A DNA stretch of 64,000 nucleotides. Source: a virus (taxonomy: Duplodnaviria; Caudoviricetes). The notes under the pieces were generated by a model, which was given only the letters and a program-made list of their open reading frames with translations, was not told the origin of the DNA and ran no database searches. The stretch spans positions 46,264-110,263 of the IMG/VR virus record IMGVR_UViG_3300011977_000007; one strand, given 5' to 3'. Below, in pieces: positions 1 through 10,275 of this stretch (positions are counted from its first letter, which is position 1; the number at the start of each line of letters is the position of its first letter). A program made the translations under genes and the position numbers.

Positions 1-1
1 A

Positions 2-958
2 GATGATAAAGATAATTGGAATAAAAAAGTAGATCCTTCTGCATTAACTAATTATGATACTCATATTGCCGACGCTACAATTCATGTTACTCAGGCAGAT
101 AAAGATAAATGGAATGGCATGAATAAGAGTTACTTTGTGCAAAATATTTCTGATTTACCAACTACTGATAATGATATTGGTAATATTGGATATGTGCAAA
201 CATCAGCTGCTGGTATTACCCCTATAGCATGTGCTACTTATATTTGGGACGGTACTCAATGGTTACAGTTAGATCAAACTCAAGTATCATTACAGTTTAC
301 TTGGAGTAATATAAGTGGAAGACCTAATGCTACGGCATTAAAGATTGATGAAGCCGTAAATAGCTCTCATAAGCATAATAATAAAGGCGTATTAGATAAG
401 ATTTCTCAATCCGCTAATGGTAATTTTGTATTTAATGATGTTGAGATTGGTATTAAGGTTATCTTTGAAGATACTGAAAAAGATTTACCTGATGCTGGTG
501 CTGAAGATACTTTATATGTAGTATATAGAGATTCTCGTGTAAGAAATTACCCATCTATATCTGTATATAAAGACAAAGCATATCAAGTACTTGGTAGAGG
601 TGCTCAAGATATACCTCAACAAGTAGGAGATATGAATATATTACAGCATGAATATTTTTCTGCTGCTAAGGGTGCACAGGTAATAATTAATGTAAATTCA
701 AATCAATATTTTGCATTTTTACCTGTAGAAATATTAAAGAAAACTGAAGGTTTAAAAGCTCAAGATAAAGTAATACTTACAACTAATGATAGTGATAAAT
801 TTGTATATGATAAAGATCTTATTGCTGTATTAAATAGCGGGATAATTATTTCTCTTCAATCTATCCCATTAAAACTCGATAGTTCATCTGAGGGAACACA
901 TATGCTGTATGAAGATGTAGACTTATCGAAATATAAAGATATAAATTATATTGGATAG
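2..958 (+). CDS. tail fibre-associated structural protein (5'-truncated by window)
   Basis: Frame is open from position 2 into the 119..958 ORF; H..D..IHVTQADKDKWN and W..I.G.P motifs typical of phage tail fibres; first gene of the tail module. Confidence 0.65.
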   Translation, partial: DDKDNWNKKVDPSALTNYDTHIADATIHVTQADKDKWNGMNKSYFVQNISDLPTTDNDIGNIGYVQTSAAGITPIACATYIWDGTQWLQLDQTQVSLQFTWSNISGRPNATALKIDEAVNSSHKHNNKGVLDKISQSANGNFVFNDVEIGIKVIFEDTEKDLPDAGAEDTLYVVYRDSRVRNYPSISVYKDKAYQVLGRGAQDIPQQVGDMNILQHEYFSAAKGAQVIINVNSNQYFAFLPVEILKKTEGLKAQDKVILTTNDSDKFVYDKDLIAVLNSGIIISLQSIPLKLDSSSEGTHMLYEDVDLSKYKDINYIG

Positions 959-972
959 GCGGTGAAATTAAT

Positions 973-2658
973 ATGGGAACAATTTTACAATTTAAATCAT
1001 GCGCATATGGCGGTGAATATACTGGTTATAATACTACCCCTACTAATATATATTATGGATCTATGTATACGCCTGATAAAATAGGCGCATATATTAAAGA
1101 ATGCTATAAAAATGATCCTAATATGGTAAACGTAGAGGGTATTGGATATGGATGGCAAAAATATACCGTTCCATATACATCTAAACTTAAATTTAGTGTT
1201 AGAGGAGCTGCTGGAGGAACCACATCAAGTGGCGCTGCTTCAATAGATCCAGTTACTGGTAAGGTAACTGGTAGCCTTAATAGACCTGGTAGAGGAGCAA
1301 AAATTGAAGGTGCGTGTTTACTTAATAAGGGTTCAATTATATATATCTTAGTTGGTTGTAGAGGTTGGTCATCTAATGGCACTGCTTGGGGTAGTGGTGG
1401 TGGAGGAGCATCTGTAGTATTATTAGATAATCCTTCTGGTGCTTATACATTTACGCCCGTTAATAGAAAAGTTGATGTATTATTTGTTGCTGGCGGTGGT
1501 GCTGGTGCATATGTATGCTCGAGAATAGATTCGAGTAGATATGGAAACGATGCCGATATAAAGAATGGAACCAGTACAGGGGCTGGAAGTTCTAATAAAG
1601 CAAGTGGTGGTGCTGGATTAACTGCTGGAACTGGAGGGGATGAAGGTAATGCATATGCTATATTATCTGGAAATCCAAGTACTACCTCTAGTCCATATTA
1701 TGGAGGATGGGGCGGTGGAGGAGTTTCATGGAATGGTGGTGGAGGAGGCGGTGGCTATAGCGGCGGAAATGCTACCGACTCTGGATTAAGTAATGGTGGA
1801 ACATCATATATTAACCCCACTCTATGTACTGAAATATTTAGAGGATATGCTACACTTGCACAAGATTCAAATAGAAATCTTGAGAATCCTTGGACTGCAT
1901 ATGGATTTGTAGAAATTGAGTTAGGTAGAAGCCCGGAGAAATATATTCTTGCGAAAGACTCTGATGGATATAAATATTTTAATGGTATTACGTTGCTCGA
2001 TAATACCACTAATGATTCCGGTAATGATACTTGGGAATTATTACCAGACCAGTCTTCTGTTCCAACACAAGATATTTATGAAACCTATGGTAAATATATG
2101 ATTACTAGCGCTAATGGATTACAGAACAAAGTAAGATTTCTTGTAAGTTCTAATGAGGAAGATGATACTATTGATATTTCTGGTAAAGTAAATAAAACTA
2201 TAGTAGAAACTAAAGATAATAATACATCTGGTATTGATACTATTAAGTCTATTACTTTTACCGGAAATACTGCTGGAGCTACAATTAAATTTGCCGTTTC
2301 TAAAGATAGCGGCGCTTCATGGCAAACTTATAGTAATGGTGTTTGGAAAGATATAGATGTTACTGATAAAGATAAGTTCTTAAATGATGGATGTTATCTT
2401 GATCAAATAACTACTATTCCTGTAAATGATTGGAAGGATTATCTTTCTAAGACATTAAGGTTTAAGTTCATTATTGATCAGAATGATACTACAGGAAATT
2501 TAATTAACGAAATTAAATTTAACGTAGACTTACTTGGATCATGGATGCATTTTAAAGAATCGCAAGCTCAGTATGAGTATATTTCTGATACTGAATTAAA
2601 GATCACTTTCTTAGAAGCTGGAGATTATAAAGTAAATTATTTGGATAAAATATCATAA
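973..2658 (+). CDS. glycine-rich (ALK/LTK-type Gly-rich domain) tail/adhesin protein
   Basis: GAAGG...GRGAKIEG...IYILVG..G...GGGGAS...VAGGGAG...GGGGGGYSGG...GGTSYI pattern; tail-gene context. Confidence 0.65.
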   Translation: MGTILQFKSCAYGGEYTGYNTTPTNIYYGSMYTPDKIGAYIKECYKNDPNMVNVEGIGYGWQKYTVPYTSKLKFSVRGAAGGTTSSGAASIDPVTGKVTGSLNRPGRGAKIEGACLLNKGSIIYILVGCRGWSSNGTAWGSGGGGASVVLLDNPSGAYTFTPVNRKVDVLFVAGGGAGAYVCSRIDSSRYGNDADIKNGTSTGAGSSNKASGGAGLTAGTGGDEGNAYAILSGNPSTTSSPYYGGWGGGGVSWNGGGGGGGYSGGNATDSGLSNGGTSYINPTLCTEIFRGYATLAQDSNRNLENPWTAYGFVEIELGRSPEKYILAKDSDGYKYFNGITLLDNTTNDSGNDTWELLPDQSSVPTQDIYETYGKYMITSANGLQNKVRFLVSSNEEDDTIDISGKVNKTIVETKDNNTSGIDTIKSITFTGNTAGATIKFAVSKDSGASWQTYSNGVWKDIDVTDKDKFLNDGCYLDQITTIPVNDWKDYLSKTLRFKFIIDQNDTTGNLINEIKFNVDLLGSWMHFKESQAQYEYISDTELKITFLEAGDYKVNYLDKIS

Positions 2659-2677
2659 AATTAAAAACCATTAAATT

Positions 2678-2708
2678 TGCACTATGGGAATCCCATAGTG
2701 CATTTTTG
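2678..2708 (+). terminator. rho-independent terminator
   Basis: TGCACTATGGGA-A-TCCCATAGTGCA-type hairpin followed by T run, just after the stop at 2658. Confidence 0.75.
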
Positions 2709-2716
2709 ATATTAGC

Positions 2717-2728
2717 AACATTTCATTA
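2717..2728 (+). promoter_or_regulatory. putative phage late promoter AACA-N6-TA
   Basis: AACA TTTCAT TA; matches the AR9-type late consensus; recurs upstream of many structural genes here. Confidence 0.55.
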
Positions 2729-2914
2729 ATAGACTGATTAGTCTGCTATCACTAAGAAGCATAACTACAAAGAAAAATATATTGAAATTTTTTATTTTAA
2801 TTATTTATACATTATTTTATTTTTCTCGTAGTATAAATATTGCATTCTGCGTATGATTAAATTCATACACTATATTTTTTGCTTCTTAAATATATAGAAA
2901 GGAAAATGAATATT

Positions 2915-3460
2915 ATGCAAGTAATAAAAACACCCACTGGATTGATTGCTGTTGATGAATTAGCACAATCTATGACTCAAACAGAGTATAATAATTTACC
3001 TGCAGATAAACAGAAGGTTGGTACTTATTATATTATAAGTGGCGATGGTAAACATATAGCTCTTATTATAAAAGATGGTGTTCCACTAGATTCACTTCCT
3101 GCTAATAATGCTGCATTTACACCACCTAGTGGTATGAGTTCAACTACAGTTCAACAAGCTATAACAGAACTTTATAATAATATGAAAAATACACATAAGT
3201 CTATTACTGCAGTGGCTCCATCTACTAATTGGACTGGCAGCGCTGCTCCTTATACTAATAATATTGCTGTTGCTGGAGTAACAGCTAATAATATAGTTGA
3301 AGTTGGGTTAAGTAATAATGCGAATGACGATCAAGTTAAAGCATGTATGAAAGCAAGTATTGCTAAAATAGAACAACAAAACGGAAGATTAATATTATAT
3401 GCTTATGGTACTAAACCTACGGTGGATATACCATTATCATGCGTTATAGTAAATAATTAA
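2915..3460 (+). CDS. short tail fibre/adaptor protein
   Basis: RBS AAGGA upstream; C-terminal ~70 aa (APYT...VEVGL..NANDDQVKACMKASIAKI...LYAYGTKPTVDIPLS) nearly identical to the C-terminus of the 10276..12444 fibre. Confidence 0.7.
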   Translation: MQVIKTPTGLIAVDELAQSMTQTEYNNLPADKQKVGTYYIISGDGKHIALIIKDGVPLDSLPANNAAFTPPSGMSSTTVQQAITELYNNMKNTHKSITAVAPSTNWTGSAAPYTNNIAVAGVTANNIVEVGLSNNANDDQVKACMKASIAKIEQQNGRLILYAYGTKPTVDIPLSCVIVNN

Positions 3461-3476
3461 TAAGGAGGAAAATATT

Positions 3477-4644
3477 ATGCCAATTATTAATAGACTTCCA
3501 ATCGGGGGGGGGGGCATCCTCTGAAGTAGGCATTAGTGACGGTAAAGGAATTGTAAATTTAAATATTTTTACACAAATGGATGAACCTACAAAGAAAGAT
3601 GGAATTTGGATTAAAACTAATCATAAATATCAGAGAATCATAATTAATAAACCTTATGTAGCATCAAATACTGAAACCGAAATATATTATGTACTAAATC
3701 CCGTACCATTTGACATTAGTTTTGCTCAGAAATATTCATGTCTGCTACATGGAAATATGTATGTTGTAGGTTATATATATAATTCTAATAATGATTCGTG
3801 GACTTTTACTAATGAGCCATATGGTGTGTGGTATCATAATGATATATATTATGCAACTTATTTGTCTAATGATGATTGGTACATATGTAGATATAATAAT
3901 GGCAATCCTGTAAAAATATGCAAATTCTTGGAGAGTAGTGATAGTTTCTATGCAGTTTATAATGATGAAATATATATTAGTAATTTTGAGAATAGCACAT
4001 ATTATTCAATGTTTGTAAAATTTAATGGTAGTGCATATACAGAACTTAATCCTAGCGATAGACCATCTGGTATTAGGCAAATAATATCTTATGGCGGATA
4101 TTTAAATATATTTACTTTAAATGAGCATTATATATATAATGCGGCTAATAATACTATAACGTATAAAACCTATCTCCCACGTACATATACAAATGGCTGT
4201 TGCGCAAAAGTTACGGTTCACAATAACGAGTTACATTATTGTGCATATGATTCACATTATAAATTTAATGATTCTTCCAGTTCGTGGGTACAAGTATCTA
4301 AATGCGATGGCTTACCTAGCGATATAGATTATTTGTATAGTGCAATTTCGTATAATGGAATTATTTATTTATTTACAGGTAAATATGATAAAAAGTTTAT
4401 GTGCTTAAAATCTCCATCAGTAGTATATGATCCTAATACTTTAATTTTGCACAAGAAGAATACATATACTGGTACATATCTAACAGCAATTGCTGATACT
4501 TCAGCGATTATCGATGATGGAAATAATAATAATCGCTTTGTTTCCAGTTTCGATGATTGCTATTATTTTGCAGATTCTGCATTTGATTGGACTGCACCGA
4601 TGTATTATGGTAATGGATCGCAATGGATAAAATTTAAAAATTAA
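3477..4644 (+). CDS. poly-G frameshifted receptor-binding/adhesin protein 1 (beta-propeller-like), out of frame as assembled
   Basis: AAGGAGG RBS, ATG 3477, MPIINRLPI then G11 (3504-3514) and TGA at 3522; G10 joins the leader to the 3577..4644 ORF; repeated Kelch-like YNxxIY blades. Confidence 0.8.
3504..3514 (+). repeat. poly-G tract G11 (contingency locus)
   Basis: CCAATC-G11-CATC in a very AT-rich genome. Confidence 0.9.
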
Positions 4645-4689
4645 TATAGAGGATTTATTATCCTCTATAAATTAAAGGAGGGTAATATC

Positions 4690-5890
4690 ATGCCAACAAT
4701 TAATAGACTCCCAATCGGGGGGGGGGGCATCATCTAGTGGTGCTGCCGGATTAAATATCTTTACTCAGATGAATGAACCTGAGAAGAAAGATGGTATTTG
4801 GATACAAACCAATAATCGATATGAAAAAATAATTACTGATGCTAGGATTATGGTTAATACAGATAATGGTGTTATAAGTAACAAAAGATATTTGCACTAT
4901 TCTGGCACTGGTGCCCCCTCTTATTATAATTACAGTATTGATTGTGAATATTATAATGGATCGGTATATGGATTGGTTGACTGCCAAAATGGTAGCGAAA
5001 CCATATGGGTATTGCTTGTACGAATAGATAATAATATAATTACCACTATAAATGAAAATAATGTGAAAATTAAATATATAAATAAATACATGGATAAAAT
5101 ATATCTTACATCCGGAACTGATAAATCTGATGGATACTCCGTCTCTTCATTATATGTATTAAATAGTCAAATGAATCAAGAAAATTTTTTATCAATACCT
5201 ATTAGTGATATATGTGGTGTTATTGAGTATAATAATACATTACTATTTATTGGTGCTTACAATGAGTATTGCCAATTTGATGGTAATTCATTCACAACTA
5301 AGTATACGACTACTGATAATATACATGGTAATTGCGTTGTATATAACGGATATATATACACATCATCGAATGTTGGTTTATATAGATGGGATACTAATAA
5401 TATTACTTTAGTATTATCGTCATTTAGAATGAATGGTCAAATGTGTGTATATAATAATAGTATTTATTATACATATGGTCCTGATTTATATAAATATAAT
5501 GCAATTGATAATTCTTGTACATTAATATCCGGTAATGTACTTGATCGAGAAGGTTCAATATTATTATGCACCGATGGATATAAATTATATATGCAGACAT
5601 TTAATGATAGTTGTGGTCCAGATGATAGTCTTATAAAAAATATAACTGCTAGAGTTGCCGATTATTCTTTAGCTAAACAAAATTTTGATAATAATACCGT
5701 AATATTACAGCGTGGAGAAACCGGAAATGGGAAATATCAAACTGCATTTGCTGATTTAACTAAAAGTGTTTCTGGCGTTAATCGTTTTATTTCTGGATTC
5801 GATGACGCTTGGTTTTATAGTAGTGGAGGATTTGAAAATTGTCCTATGTATTATGGTAATGGATTTCAATGGATAAGATTTAAAAATTAA
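4690..5890 (+). CDS. poly-G frameshifted receptor-binding/adhesin protein 2, out of frame as assembled
   Basis: AAGGAGG RBS, ATG 4690, MPTINRLPI then G11 (4717-4727), TAG at 4735; G10 restores the frame into the 4769..5890 ORF; paralog of protein 1. Confidence 0.8.
4717..4727 (+). repeat. poly-G tract G11
   Basis: CCAATC-G11-CATC. Confidence 0.9.
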
Positions 5891-5914
5891 AGAAGGCATT
5901 TTGCCTTCTTTTTT
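5891..5914 (+). terminator. rho-independent terminator
   Basis: AGAAGGCA-TTT-TGCCTTCT hairpin plus T run. Confidence 0.7.
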
Positions 5915-5939
5915 ATTATTAATTAAAGGAGGCGATAAA

Positions 5940-7250
5940 ATGCCTGTATTAAATAGAATAAATAGGATGCTTAGTTTTCCTATGAATAGTAGTAGTGGGG
6001 TAAGCGGGAAGTATTTTCTCGGTAGTGGACATATTTATAATTTTAATGACAATGGTACAATTACTACTATTAATGCCCCATCCAATATATCTTTTTCATC
6101 AGCAACAAAAAATGGTAGTTATATTTGCGCTTATCGTTATAGTGACAGCAACAGTTACTACATTTATCAATATAATGGTGATTCTATAACACAGACCCAA
6201 GATATTAGTGCTTATTTAAATAACTATAATTATAGTTCTAAAATAAATGATGGCAATACATATACAATTAATAGTATTAGTAGCCCTACATTTGCTAATA
6301 CTGATCAATATATTGTATTTGCAGTATCATTAAAATATGCTTCTACTCCTTACTTACATAAAGTATATATATGTGTATTGGAATTAAATAATGGCAAATA
6401 TGAAATGAGTAAAGTTATAGATTCGAATATGGGTGATCAAAATACTGTATCTACAGGCGTATCGCTACGCGGAGTATCCGACGATTTATCATATTTTTTC
6501 GTTAGTATCGATACCCCATCCGGTAATACATACGATTCTTCTTTATATATGATATATGCTAATTCGCCTAATGCATATACAGCATGGAAAATGGATACTG
6601 AAAGAGGAACACATATTACAGTTGGATATCCTGGCGGTTCTTCTAACTGGGATGAAATTCCTAGCTTTTACCTTGCGGATAATAAATATTTTATTACCGA
6701 TGTAACATCAAGTGATTTTATATACGTATATAAAATAAATGATCATAGCTCTATTACTAGAACATTTACAAGTGATTATTGCCCGCTACATACGTCAATT
6801 TCCATTAAAAATATTGAGTACATTAATAATGATTATATAGCGCATTATACGTATAGTTATAGTAGTGACAGTTACGATCAATATTATAATTGTATATATA
6901 GGTTACAGGATAGTATTTATAATTATCGTTATTCGTCGGAACGAGAAAATGTTAATATTGGATTTTATGATTATTATGTTATACTTATAGATGATTATAG
7001 TAGAAAGACATATTATAAGTCTTCAGACGGTAAATCGTTATACGTTAAAAATAATAAATATTATCTTAATGGTAGCGAAAATAATGTAGTGACCACTGGA
7101 GAATCGGAAGTTTCAACTATGATATATCATACTAATAGTGATAACTATAATGATAGAATTTCCATAGGAAGCTATTATGGATATGATGATAATAACGGAA
7201 ATTATAAATTCTTTAATATGGCAGCAAGCGTATACGGCGGCCCTTATTAA
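5940..7250 (+). CDS. receptor-binding/adhesin-like protein without poly-G (in frame)
   Basis: AAGGAGG RBS, ATG 5940; leader MPVLNR resembles the poly-G gene leaders; Tyr/Asn/Ser-rich. Confidence 0.65.
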   Translation: MPVLNRINRMLSFPMNSSSGVSGKYFLGSGHIYNFNDNGTITTINAPSNISFSSATKNGSYICAYRYSDSNSYYIYQYNGDSITQTQDISAYLNNYNYSSKINDGNTYTINSISSPTFANTDQYIVFAVSLKYASTPYLHKVYICVLELNNGKYEMSKVIDSNMGDQNTVSTGVSLRGVSDDLSYFFVSIDTPSGNTYDSSLYMIYANSPNAYTAWKMDTERGTHITVGYPGGSSNWDEIPSFYLADNKYFITDVTSSDFIYVYKINDHSSITRTFTSDYCPLHTSISIKNIEYINNDYIAHYTYSYSSDSYDQYYNCIYRLQDSIYNYRYSSERENVNIGFYDYYVILIDDYSRKTYYKSSDGKSLYVKNNKYYLNGSENNVVTTGESEVSTMIYHTNSDNYNDRISIGSYYGYDDNNGNYKFFNMAASVYGGPY

Positions 7251-7283
7251 ACATATTTAATTTAATTTTTAGGAGGATTAATA

Positions 7284-8247
7284 ATGTCAATTTTAAATAA
7301 ACTTCCAATTGGGGGGGGGGGCATCTGATAATACTTCCTCTGGAGAATTATTTACTAAAGATGCAATAATATCAAATGCATACTATTATTTTGATCAAAT
7401 GGTACATTGTGCAACTTCAGATACGATTGTATTAGGTTATCATTTTTATTCCGATAATAAATATTGGTTTAGAAGATATACATATAAAAATAAAGTATTT
7501 ACTATGTTACCTTCATTAGACCAGGTATGGAGCTCTGTAGCACGATATATCTTAGTATCAACAGATACTAGGGTATATCTTAATATAGCATCTGGATATA
7601 TATATGAATACGATAATAATGATTTAGAAAATTGGATTAATAGATATAATGATAATAATATATTTAATAGTGGGAATGGATGTGCATGTATGTTTAATAA
7701 TAATATGTATGTGGTTGTTAATGATTATAATTACGTTAATGGGAATTACGAATATAATACTAATATATATTCATATGATTTTACAACCTATACGCTGTTA
7801 TATTCATCTAGCTTTATTTATAATTATGCAGTACATCAGTGTATATATTATAACGGAGATATATATTTAAGATTTGGAAATCATTCTGGGGTAAAAGTAT
7901 TTAATATATTAAATCATAATAATATTACAGATTTAGCTACTCCAATGAAGTATATTGGATCGATATGCGTATATAATCAATGCATATACTTTATTAGCGG
8001 AGCACAGGTAGAAGCGCAGAGGCTTTTTTATAAATATGATGGAACTCAGTTTACATTAATATGTGATTTAACAAATCATATGAAATGTAATTATAGTTCC
8101 GATAGTATTATAATGGAAGTGATAAATAATAAATTATATCTTTTAGGAGATTGTATAGATAAAAGTGATAACCAAAATAGCGTATATATCTATAACTCTA
8201 CGGATGGCGATTCATTTACTAAAGTATCTTGGTTATGTAGTAAGTAA
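7284..8247 (+). CDS. poly-G frameshifted receptor-binding/adhesin protein 3, out of frame as assembled
   Basis: AGGAGG RBS, ATG 7284, MSILNKLPI then G11 (7311-7321), TGA at 7326; G10 restores the frame; Kelch-like blades. Confidence 0.8.
7311..7321 (+). repeat. poly-G tract G11
   Basis: CCAATT-G11-CATC. Confidence 0.9.
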
Positions 8248-8264
8248 TATTTTATAATTTTTAA

Positions 8265-8276
8265 AACAATTTAATA
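8265..8276 (+). promoter_or_regulatory. putative late promoter AACA-N6-TA
   Basis: AACA ATTTAA TA upstream of the 8325 gene. Confidence 0.5.
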
Positions 8277-8324
8277 AATAAATATTTTTATTTACAATCA
8301 AATGGTGAAAGGAGACTATTCAAT

Positions 8325-8615
8325 ATGGCTAAGATTGATAGTGGAAAAACTTTAGACAACAAGAAAATTGAGTATGAGATTCTTGACGATGGATATGATA
8401 TCTATTTAGGTGGAAATCTTTGGATTACTCAGCACGCTCAGTATGGAAAACCGATTGATCCTGAAGGAACTTACGAAGAGAATTGTAAGAAACAGATTGA
8501 ACAGATCACAACGGTTCCGGAACCAACTGTAACTCCACAGGATAAGTTACGTGCAGATGTAGATTATCTTGCACTTATCACCGGTGTTGACTTAAATGAA
8601 AATGTATTAGCTTAA
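8325..8615 (+). CDS. small tail fibre assembly-type protein (partner of XkdX)
   Basis: C-terminal TPQDKLRADVDYLALITGVDL motif typical of genes preceding xkdX. Confidence 0.55.
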   Translation: MAKIDSGKTLDNKKIEYEILDDGYDIYLGGNLWITQHAQYGKPIDPEGTYEENCKKQIEQITTVPEPTVTPQDKLRADVDYLALITGVDLNENVLA

Positions 8616-8629
8616 GGAGGAAATATATT

Positions 8630-8848
8630 ATGGCATTCACAGCAAGAGATTTATCAAAGAAATATTACCCAAGACTTTGGCCAATTTGTCGTTTGGTTGC
8701 TTTGGTAAAAGTAGGAAAATTATCTGAAGCTGATTATAAGGAGATTACTGGATTTACATATCCGGCTACATCAGCACCAACAGAGGAGTCAAAGGATACT
8801 AAGAATGATGCTTCTGAGACTACAGAAGATTCTAATAAGCAGAAATAA
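8630..8848 (+). CDS. XkdX-family protein
   Basis: KKYY..LW...L..LV..GKLSE.DYKEITG signature. Confidence 0.75.
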   Translation: MAFTARDLSKKYYPRLWPICRLVALVKVGKLSEADYKEITGFTYPATSAPTEESKDTKNDASETTEDSNKQK

Positions 8849-8862
8849 TAATTAAGAATAAA

Positions 8863-8894
8863 TATACTGGTGCAATATAATTTGCACCAGTATA
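8863..8894 (+). terminator. rho-independent terminator
   Basis: TATACTGGTGCAA/TTGCACCAGTATA hairpin followed by T-rich run. Confidence 0.65.
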
Positions 8895-8942
8895 CTATTT
8901 ATTTTTTATATAAAATAGGATGATTTTTAAGGAGGAAAGACT

Positions 8943-10134
8943 ATGCCAGTAATAAATCGACTTCCAATCGGGGGGGGGGGGGGCATCTGAATTAGGAATT
9001 TCCAACGGTAAAGGAACTGTTGGATTGAACGTATTCACTCAGATGGATGAACCTCAAAAGAAAGACGGAATATGGATAAAAACAAATCATACCTATCAAA
9101 ATGTGATGGTAAATCAACAGTTTGCTAATTATCAAGATGGTGTTTGGAGTGCAATTTGTCCATTGAATAATATAGGAAGGACTAAATTAGTTACAAATCA
9201 AGGTGCATTATATTTATTTAGCGATAATTATAAGTTATATCGCCTAAATGGATCAGCATTAGAATATATTTGTGATTATAATAGTAGAACTAATGTAATG
9301 GCATCTTATAATAATTCATTATATATTATTACTGCTTCTGTAAGTACCGGATATGTATTTAAATATAATGGTATTAACTGGGAAAGAGTATCTGAATTTT
9401 ATGGTACAACATATTTTGATAATTGTGTTACATTATATAACGATCAATTATGCCTTTTTTATGGTAATAGTAATCAGACAATAAGCAACGATATATATCT
9501 ATTTAATGGATCTACATTTACGCAATTATGTGATGCGACTTTTTACGGTAGTGATAATGATAAAATACTAATAAAGAGCATTATTACTTATAATGGTAAA
9601 CTATATATGTTTGGTAGTGTATCAAGATTTCCAGCAGATGGCTTATTTTACTTTGTTTTAAATGCAGGTAATAATTGGACAAAATCAACAGTGCCAGTGA
9701 CTGCAAATTCATTGTGCGTATGTACTTGCGTTTATAATAATGAATTATATTTGTTCTATGAGGACAGAGACACTACTTATAATGATATATACTATTGTAA
9801 ATATAATGGTGCATCATGGACGCTTATAGGGAAAGTTGGATATTGTGGTCAAGTTTCTTTAAATCAATATATGTACGGTGCTAGATCTTCATTATATAGA
9901 TATACTTTACCGCAAAAAGTATATAATCCAAATACTGTTATTATAAATAAGGGTGATTCTCAAAATGGTGTTTATTTAACCAATATGTTTGATACGTCTT
10001 ACATGGTTGGTAATAATAGCAATAGATTTGTATCTGGATTCGATGATTGTTTTTATTTTGCAGATTCTGCATTTGATTGGGGGGCTCCAATGTATTACGG
10101 CAATGGTTCTCAATGGATTAAGTTCAAGAATTAA
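8943..10134 (+). CDS. poly-G frameshifted receptor-binding/adhesin protein 4, out of frame as assembled
   Basis: AAGGAGG RBS, ATG 8943, MPVINRLPI then G14 (8970-8983), TGA at 8988; G13 restores the frame into the 9025..10134 ORF; paralog of proteins 1 and 2. Confidence 0.8.
8970..8983 (+). repeat. poly-G tract G14
   Basis: CCAATC-G14-CATC. Confidence 0.9.
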
Positions 10135-10275
10135 TTTCTACATATAAGTAATGACTTATACGTAAACAAAAATATATTATACAGTTTATATTATGTGTCA
10201 GATTACGTTGCAGCATATGCTTAGCCATATGCTGCATAAATATTGCAATATTTATGTAAAAGGATGTGATACAAA

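Noticed and set aside
2729-2900. Possible ncRNA or riboswitch in the long AT-rich leader
   Set aside because: Only weak AT-rich hairpins and no recognisable family motif
4531-10134. Diversity-generating retroelement (repeated 3' ends of adhesin genes as VR/TR)
   Set aside because: Repeat differences are mostly synonymous and not adenine-specific, all copies are coding, and no reverse transcriptase is in the window
3477-10134. Invertible tail-fibre shufflon
   Set aside because: All cassettes are on the same strand, each with its own RBS; no inverted crossover sites or recombinase seen
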